DNA of 28,694 nt from a virus (lineage: Duplodnaviria > Caudoviricetes). Location: the IMG/VR virus record IMGVR_UViG_3300020156_000190, positions 1 through 28,694 of that record, one strand, 5' to 3'. The notes under the pieces were generated by a model that saw only the letters and a program-made list of their open reading frames with translations, made no database searches and was not told the origin of the DNA. Position numbers and translations under genes: made by a program. Below, one piece after another: positions 23,450 to 28,694 of the stretch. Every line of letters begins with the position of its first letter. Position 1 is the stretch's first letter.

Positions 23450-24676
23450 TCAGGTTGTTGGTGCTTCTACAAATGTCCAGTATGTGAACGTGTCTTTGGC
23501 AAACAACGGCTTACCGCCACTGTACACCTTGCCACGCCAAACCGTTTCGTCAGAGCTAAAGCGCTCGGAAGAGTTGGATTCAAGCGTGAACGATTCGGAT
23601 TCGTTTACGATGTAGGTTGACAGGTCTCCGTACAACACCGCGTCTGCGTCTGGCATTTGCGACGAGAAGATAACCGGCATACCCGCAATCAAGTAATTGG
23701 ACGATCCCGGCCCTCCTTGTACTGGTGTAACAGTAACGAGCGGTTTTCCTGCGGCGTCCGTTAGAGAGAAGAACCGAGTAAAGAACGTGTACCGCTTCAT
23801 TACCCATGTGCCTTGATCGCCGTACGGGCTTTCTACCGATGCAAGAATTTCACCGATCTGCTGCCAATCCATTTGCGAGTAGGTTTTTGCAGCCGAGGGA
23901 GTTTCTTTGATTGCTGGAATGATACCGAGAAAATTAGATGTAGGCGAAATCGTACCGTTCAAAACCGAGTTTTCCAGTTGCAAGCCGATATATTTACCAA
24001 CTTCCTCCGCTAAATACTGTTCGAAAGCAGGAATGCTATTACGAAGCAGTAGGTTTTTAACGATAATGGTTGCGACAACGGCTTGTTGCTGGATTTTAAC
24101 CTCTGTAAACGAGAAGTTCAGCGTAACGGTTCCATCAGAATTCGTTGTAGGTGCTCCAGCTGTACCAATCGGCAATGCCACGTCGCCAGTAAAACCATAT
24201 TTTGTGATTGCCGAATACAATCGGCCATACTGTTTAATTACCGCATACACTTTGTCAAGCGTGGTTTGTGGTACAAGATACTCCGCACCGCTGGTTACGC
24301 TACCGCCATTCATGTCCGTAATGGCGCGTTTCCCATAAGACATGATTTCCGCGTCTTCGTCGCTGATTTTATTGTTCAGATAGGAACGATAAAAAGCATC
24401 GCGATATTTGGCGGAACTACGGAAATTTTCTTCGTTTAACTCCCCGCCACGTTGACTAAACAAACCACGCTTATTATCTTCCGGCGCTTCCGTCAATTGC
24501 TCATTGATATTGTCAATTTGGTCTGACAGTGTCCGAAGTTGATCGGCTGTTTCATTCAGTTCATCAGTAGATGCGCCGCGATGGTTCTTCACCTTTTCTT
24601 TCAGCGCAAGACGTTTTTGTTCGAGTTCATTTTTTTGCCGTTTCAATTCGGCAGCTTCTTTTTGAGTAATAGCCAT
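23450..24676 (-). CDS. Major capsid protein (HK97 fold, N-terminal delta domain)
   Basis: Coiled-coil N-terminus; GAEYLVPQT, LTDAAGKPL, IAGMPV and YGDLS.Y motifs. Confidence 0.93.
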   Translation of the reverse strand: MAITQKEAAELKRQKNELEQKRLALKEKVKNHRGASTDELNETADQLRTLSDQIDNINEQLTEAPEDNKRGLFSQRGGELNEENFRSSAKYRDAFYRSYLNNKISDEDAEIMSYGKRAITDMNGGSVTSGAEYLVPQTTLDKVYAVIKQYGRLYSAITKYGFTGDVALPIGTAGAPTTNSDGTVTLNFSFTEVKIQQQAVVATIIVKNLLLRNSIPAFEQYLAEEVGKYIGLQLENSVLNGTISPTSNFLGIIPAIKETPSAAKTYSQMDWQQIGEILASVESPYGDQGTWVMKRYTFFTRFFSLTDAAGKPLVTVTPVQGGPGSSNYLIAGMPVIFSSQMPDADAVLYGDLSTYIVNESESFTLESNSSERFSSDETVWRGKVYSGGKPLFAKDTFTYWTFVEAPTT

Positions 24677-24697
24677 TGATTTATCCCCCTTTGCAGC

Positions 24698-25321
24698 CTA
24701 CAGCTGCTCAATTAAATTAATTAGTGCGGCCTTTTTGGCCTCTTCTTCTACATTCACTTCCGGCTCAACCGGAGCTTCCTCGGCGATAATAAGCGTTTCG
24801 TCATATGCCGGGAACGCCAATACGCTAACCTCATAGATAGCGTTGATTTGAGCAATGACATCGATTTTGTTTTCCCAGTCAGAAGCAATAACCGCTTGGG
24901 AGTCAAAGTAGAAGCTCATTCCGTCTACCAATTCACGGGAAACGCGGTCAAAAACGTAATCGTCCAACCATGTATTCCCGAGCGTTACTTCTACAAACAA
25001 ACCAGTTTCATCTACTTCAAGGCGGGCGTTTTTCCCCGTCTTGCCCAGTACCCACGCCGTGTTGTGATCCCACAAAACCGGCACAGACGACAGGTCAACA
25101 CCATCAAGCGCATTTTTGCTTACTTTTTCTTTCCACACACTTCCGCGCCATGGTGTGCCAAGGACGTCAAATAAAATAGCGTACCCGCGCAGTTTTCGCA
25201 CAGATACGCCATCTATTTCTTCGGATACCGCCCGGAATCGCGAGCGTTCCACGTCATAATTTACTCGCCGCTTCGATTGAGACGAGAGGGGCGATACCTT
25301 ACCCTGTTCATCCTTCTCCAT
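24698..25321 (-). CDS. HK97-family prohead protease
   Basis: LRGYAILF, LWDH, DETGL, GMSF and EVSVLAFPAY motifs. Confidence 0.92.
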   Translation of the reverse strand: MEKDEQGKVSPLSSQSKRRVNYDVERSRFRAVSEEIDGVSVRKLRGYAILFDVLGTPWRGSVWKEKVSKNALDGVDLSSVPVLWDHNTAWVLGKTGKNARLEVDETGLFVEVTLGNTWLDDYVFDRVSRELVDGMSFYFDSQAVIASDWENKIDVIAQINAIYEVSVLAFPAYDETLIIAEEAPVEPEVNVEEEAKKAALINLIEQL

Positions 25322-26510
25322 CCGTCTCACCTCCTTTCACGGTGTATGTTCCTGGTTGCAAAGTCTGAAAGTTTTTACTTTCCATGTATTGATCAAGTTC
25401 GGGCGGTCCTTTTGGAAGCCCGATTCTCTTTCGCACTTCGTTTCTTGTCATAACCGAAGCAAAAAGCATTTCTTTGTAAAATGCCGTACGTGCTGACAAT
25501 GTGCTTATTTCAAGGTCAACCAATTCAGCAATAACTTTGTTGTGATGCGACATTTCTGTGTTTGTAAAAATTTTGTATGTCGATTCTTCTTCGATTTGGT
25601 ATACAGTTGGAAGAATCGTATTAGTAATGAATTGTTCTATTTCAATTTCATTTGCGCTATGCGTAAAGATTGCTCGGCTTCCCCCGAAGTACGTGTAAAG
25701 ATAATCAACAACAGCGTTTAATACTTCTTTGTTGAGCGGCTGGATTTTTAAGTCCAGGTTGTGAACCTCATATTCAGGGCCGATCATCCCAAATCCGGTT
25801 GTGTTTTCGGAAGTTAAAAATAAGTCCTTAAACTCTTCCAGCTTTTTCTTCATATCTGCGCCCTTGAGTTGTGACTTATTGATTAACAGGGCTGCAATGC
25901 GCTGGCTGTTTTTGCTGTCATTAACCGCTTGAGATTGCAAGGTGTTAACGATCTCCATATAACCCCGTGTTGCCTGTGTAGGCGCTCCGCCCGTCTGCGT
26001 CGGGAATCTTTGTAAGTGAATAATGTCATCGTAATAGAACATTCCTTCTCTGCCTGCTGCCGGGAACCAAATGACTACCCTACCATCATCGTCCTGACCA
26101 AATTCATGTTGTGAAAACGGTAACGGGTAAATCGCCCTAAGATTTCCGTTGTCATCCCAATCCGGGAACGCATAGGCATTGTTTGCCAGTAACACTCGAG
26201 TAATCATGTGCGTCCAAAATACTTGTGGCCCCTGTAACGGGTTAGTCCGCTTGGTTAAAACGTATTGGACGCGACTGTTCATATGTTCTACGTTTCCTTC
26301 ATCATCCGCACGCGCATGATAGAAAGGTACACTACCAACCTTTTCTGCTATAAAATTAATTGCCGCCCTTACTTCCGGCGTGTCGTATAGATTTCGACCA
26401 AAACTCATAAGCGGCATGCCGCGCTGGAGTAAATCAATAATTTGCGCGGCTGTAATCGTTTCATCTTTTTGCGGTCGGAACACATTTGTTATTCGCTGCA
26501 AAATCCCCAA
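25308..26510 (-). CDS. HK97-family portal protein
   Basis: PN..Q, NNAY, DIIHL and MTRNEVRKRIGLP motifs; probable TTG start at 26510. Confidence 0.92.
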   Translation of the reverse strand: MGILQRITNVFRPQKDETITAAQIIDLLQRGMPLMSFGRNLYDTPEVRAAINFIAEKVGSVPFYHARADDEGNVEHMNSRVQYVLTKRTNPLQGPQVFWTHMITRVLLANNAYAFPDWDDNGNLRAIYPLPFSQHEFGQDDDGRVVIWFPAAGREGMFYYDDIIHLQRFPTQTGGAPTQATRGYMEIVNTLQSQAVNDSKNSQRIAALLINKSQLKGADMKKKLEEFKDLFLTSENTTGFGMIGPEYEVHNLDLKIQPLNKEVLNAVVDYLYTYFGGSRAIFTHSANEIEIEQFITNTILPTVYQIEEESTYKIFTNTEMSHHNKVIAELVDLEISTLSARTAFYKEMLFASVMTRNEVRKRIGLPKGPPELDQYMESKNFQTLQPGTYTVKGGETDGEG

Positions 26511-26523
26511 TTTCTCACCTCCC

Positions 26524-28263
26524 CTAGGGCTGGTATTCCTCGAATAGGTCAAGCGCCTTTTTGTACGCGATATAGGCCATTAAAAATGACACGTATCCAT
26601 CAATGCGCGCCCTGCTCTTGGCCTTGTCTGGCTGTATATTGTTGTTGGCGTCTATTTTTGCCGCTGTGTTGGTAACGCACCAACGAAACAACCCATTGTG
26701 CCTACTGAACTGAATAATCTTGTCTTCGAAAAGCACGCGGGTTTCTTTCATTGGCGCAGAAAGAGATTTAGCCCCCTGTGCAACAGGGAATGTAACACCT
26801 CGTTCGTTACTGTCTTCTTTCGGGAAGCCGTTTACTTCCATTTCGTCCACCCAATCCCCGCCGTGCCAGCGGTCATAACCAATCTTCCAGAATGTCACTT
26901 GGTACGTTGTGGCAAGTTCCACGAACCATGCGGTAACATCGGATTTTCTGACCATTGCCCCCTCGCAAATTTGGAGAAGTTCCTTGTTCAAAGGTTCAGC
27001 TGCGGATGTGCGAGTAAATGTCTCATATGCCATTTTGTCCGCCTTGCTGTTCTGTTCAATACGTTGCCTAGCAATGAAATATTTTTGAAAAACATGCAAC
27101 TTTCCGTTGAGAGGAATAATTGCTGTGGCGCAACACAAGTCCGTTGTCTCCGCCAAATCCACCCCGCCAACTGCATAACGGTCCTGGATCATAGACAGGT
27201 CCATATCTATAGCGCACTTGTCAACCTTTTGCAAATCAAAATAAACCACACTCGTACCTGATGCGCGGTTAAGGTGTTTTGCCAGGAATGATGGAAGTTG
27301 CGCCGGGTCCTCGACGGCCTTTTGATATTCCCCTTTCAGGTAGCTCATAGTAGGCCTACCTTCGGGAATACCGGGATTTGCTTTAATCCAACATGACGGG
27401 TTCGCTGGATCGTCGTCGTCGTCAATTCTAAATATCATCGGGAACAATCGTTCTTTGCTTTTTCCCGACAACACTTTCTGGCAACGCTCCAAGATGCTAT
27501 CAAAAATTCCTTCGCGCACAAATCCAAACGTCGAGATGATAACGGTAAGCGGCTGCGCCCGAGCGCCCATTGCAGACGAGAACACGTCATATGTGTTCCG
27601 ATCCTTGATTGCGTGAAGTTCGTCAATGACTACGCCATGTGGGTTCAAACCGTCTTGCGACTGACTATTTTTACTCCCGGCTTTCATGTAGCTACCGCTT
27701 GCCGGGTGCAATATCATTTCTGAGTTATCTTTATCGCGCTTCGTCCGCCAGTGTTTGCGCGGATTATTTGCGGGAGTGAGAATATCGCTGGATTGCAGAA
27801 ACGCCTTTGCCGCCTCATAAACAATAGATGCCTGTTGTTTCTGTGTCGCAAGCGTCCAGACCTGAGCAGCCGGTTCTCCATCCGCCATAAGCAAAAAGTC
27901 CGCAACAGCAGAGATAAAGGTTGACTTGCCCCACTTCCGGGCAACAAAAAGAACTAGCTCACGGAAGTATCTGACCTCCATTGCTAGTTCTTCGTCATAC
28001 ATCTTAAAACCAAATATACAAGCTGCAATGTACTTTTGTTCTATTGATAGCTCAAGTGACTGTCCTGCCCAACGCCCTTCTCGATGTTTTACCAATCGGC
28101 AGTAATCAATAAAGGCGTCAACATCAATCGGATCGTACCAAACGCTTTTACTCTTAAGCAGTTTCTCAATCAGTTTTTTTAGCTTCTTGATATCCTTGCC
28201 GTGCTTTTCCGGTTCCCGTTCTACATAATCATGCCAATCAGCAATATACTGCGGGACACTCAT
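26524..28263 (-). CDS. terL: Terminase large subunit (HK97/P27-like)
   Basis: Walker A VARKWGKS; Walker B VIDELH; WIKANP; GVDLA.TTDL; RIDG. Confidence 0.96.
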   Translation of the reverse strand: MSVPQYIADWHDYVEREPEKHGKDIKKLKKLIEKLLKSKSVWYDPIDVDAFIDYCRLVKHREGRWAGQSLELSIEQKYIAACIFGFKMYDEELAMEVRYFRELVLFVARKWGKSTFISAVADFLLMADGEPAAQVWTLATQKQQASIVYEAAKAFLQSSDILTPANNPRKHWRTKRDKDNSEMILHPASGSYMKAGSKNSQSQDGLNPHGVVIDELHAIKDRNTYDVFSSAMGARAQPLTVIISTFGFVREGIFDSILERCQKVLSGKSKERLFPMIFRIDDDDDPANPSCWIKANPGIPEGRPTMSYLKGEYQKAVEDPAQLPSFLAKHLNRASGTSVVYFDLQKVDKCAIDMDLSMIQDRYAVGGVDLAETTDLCCATAIIPLNGKLHVFQKYFIARQRIEQNSKADKMAYETFTRTSAAEPLNKELLQICEGAMVRKSDVTAWFVELATTYQVTFWKIGYDRWHGGDWVDEMEVNGFPKEDSNERGVTFPVAQGAKSLSAPMKETRVLFEDKIIQFSRHNGLFRWCVTNTAAKIDANNNIQPDKAKSRARIDGYVSFLMAYIAYKKALDLFEEYQP

Positions 28264-28646
28264 AATTGCTTCTTGCGATCCCTAATTTGTTCAAACGGGT
28301 CCGGTTCGTTGTTTTGTGGCGGCGTCTGACCACCTTCCGGTATTAGGTCAGTTAGTTGCTTCATGATGGAGGCGTGATTTTTGATCATAGTGTTGTAAAT
28401 CTCAACCTCGGGGCTTTTTTTAGTACCCCACTGGTTTTCTCCGTTTTGATATTCGGATACAACGCCGTTGCGATTAATCGTTTCTTGCAAGTCTTCTAGT
28501 GTAATTGTCATAAATGCCGCATTGTATATTAACGACATGACTGCGTTCAGTCTGTCGGCAGGAATTTCTTTCAGTAGTTCCTTTAGCCTGTCCGATTCTT
28601 TTTGGATTCGTTCGTCTTTTGATTTATTACCTCTATTTTCAAACAT
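28260..28646 (-). CDS. terS: Terminase small subunit
   Basis: Directly upstream of terL; GVV.EYQNGENQWG.KKSP...YNTMIKN...KQL motif. Confidence 0.85.
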   Translation of the reverse strand: MFENRGNKSKDERIQKESDRLKELLKEIPADRLNAVMSLIYNAAFMTITLEDLQETINRNGVVSEYQNGENQWGTKKSPEVEIYNTMIKNHASIMKQLTDLIPEGGQTPPQNNEPDPFEQIRDRKKQL

Positions 28647-28694
28647 TTTTCACCACACCCCCTCGCGCGTGATCTCCCCGAGTGATTTTGCAGG

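Noticed and set aside
28647-28694. cos site upstream of terS
   Set aside because: The GC-rich context and terminase type are compatible, but the window ends here and no cohesive-end sequence can be defined.
1-28694. tRNA, rRNA or IS elements
   Set aside because: None were recognised by eye; a tRNAscan or Rfam run would be needed to exclude small RNAs.

Overview
This window is about 29 kb of a temperate, long-tailed (siphovirus-type) phage with an HK97-like head module. The host is inferred to be a Bacillales bacterium, probably Paenibacillaceae. From left to right it holds: (1) a leftward early operon with a hexapeptide-repeat protein, an ORF6N antirepressor and a Cro-like gene; (2) a cro/cI switch with 17-bp operators; (3) a large serine integrase followed by a likely intact attP; (4) a roughly 4-kb accessory/regulatory region with two XRE genes, an RHH gene, an SOS-box promoter, a probable type I toxin-antitoxin locus, small membrane peptides and a Bro-N gene; (5) the leftward late operon (terminases, portal, protease, capsid, connectors, tail, tape measure, Dit, beta-helix tailspike, acyltransferase-3 moron, Tal-like protein, XhlA/holin/C39-like lysin). 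The integrase abuts the lysis end with no host genes in between, so this is probably the excised or virion configuration. The most unusual element is a non-coding array at 8106-8407, just downstream of the Bro-N gene. It holds 12 short palindromes (consensus N3-5-CA-NNN-TG-N3-5), no two identical, on an almost strict 26-bp period and joined by a conserved linker. A palindrome of the same design encodes a short segment inside this phage's own ORF6N antirepressor, and the Bro-N gene also carries an internal perfect palindrome. Product calls come from motif recognition and gene order only; no database searches were run.
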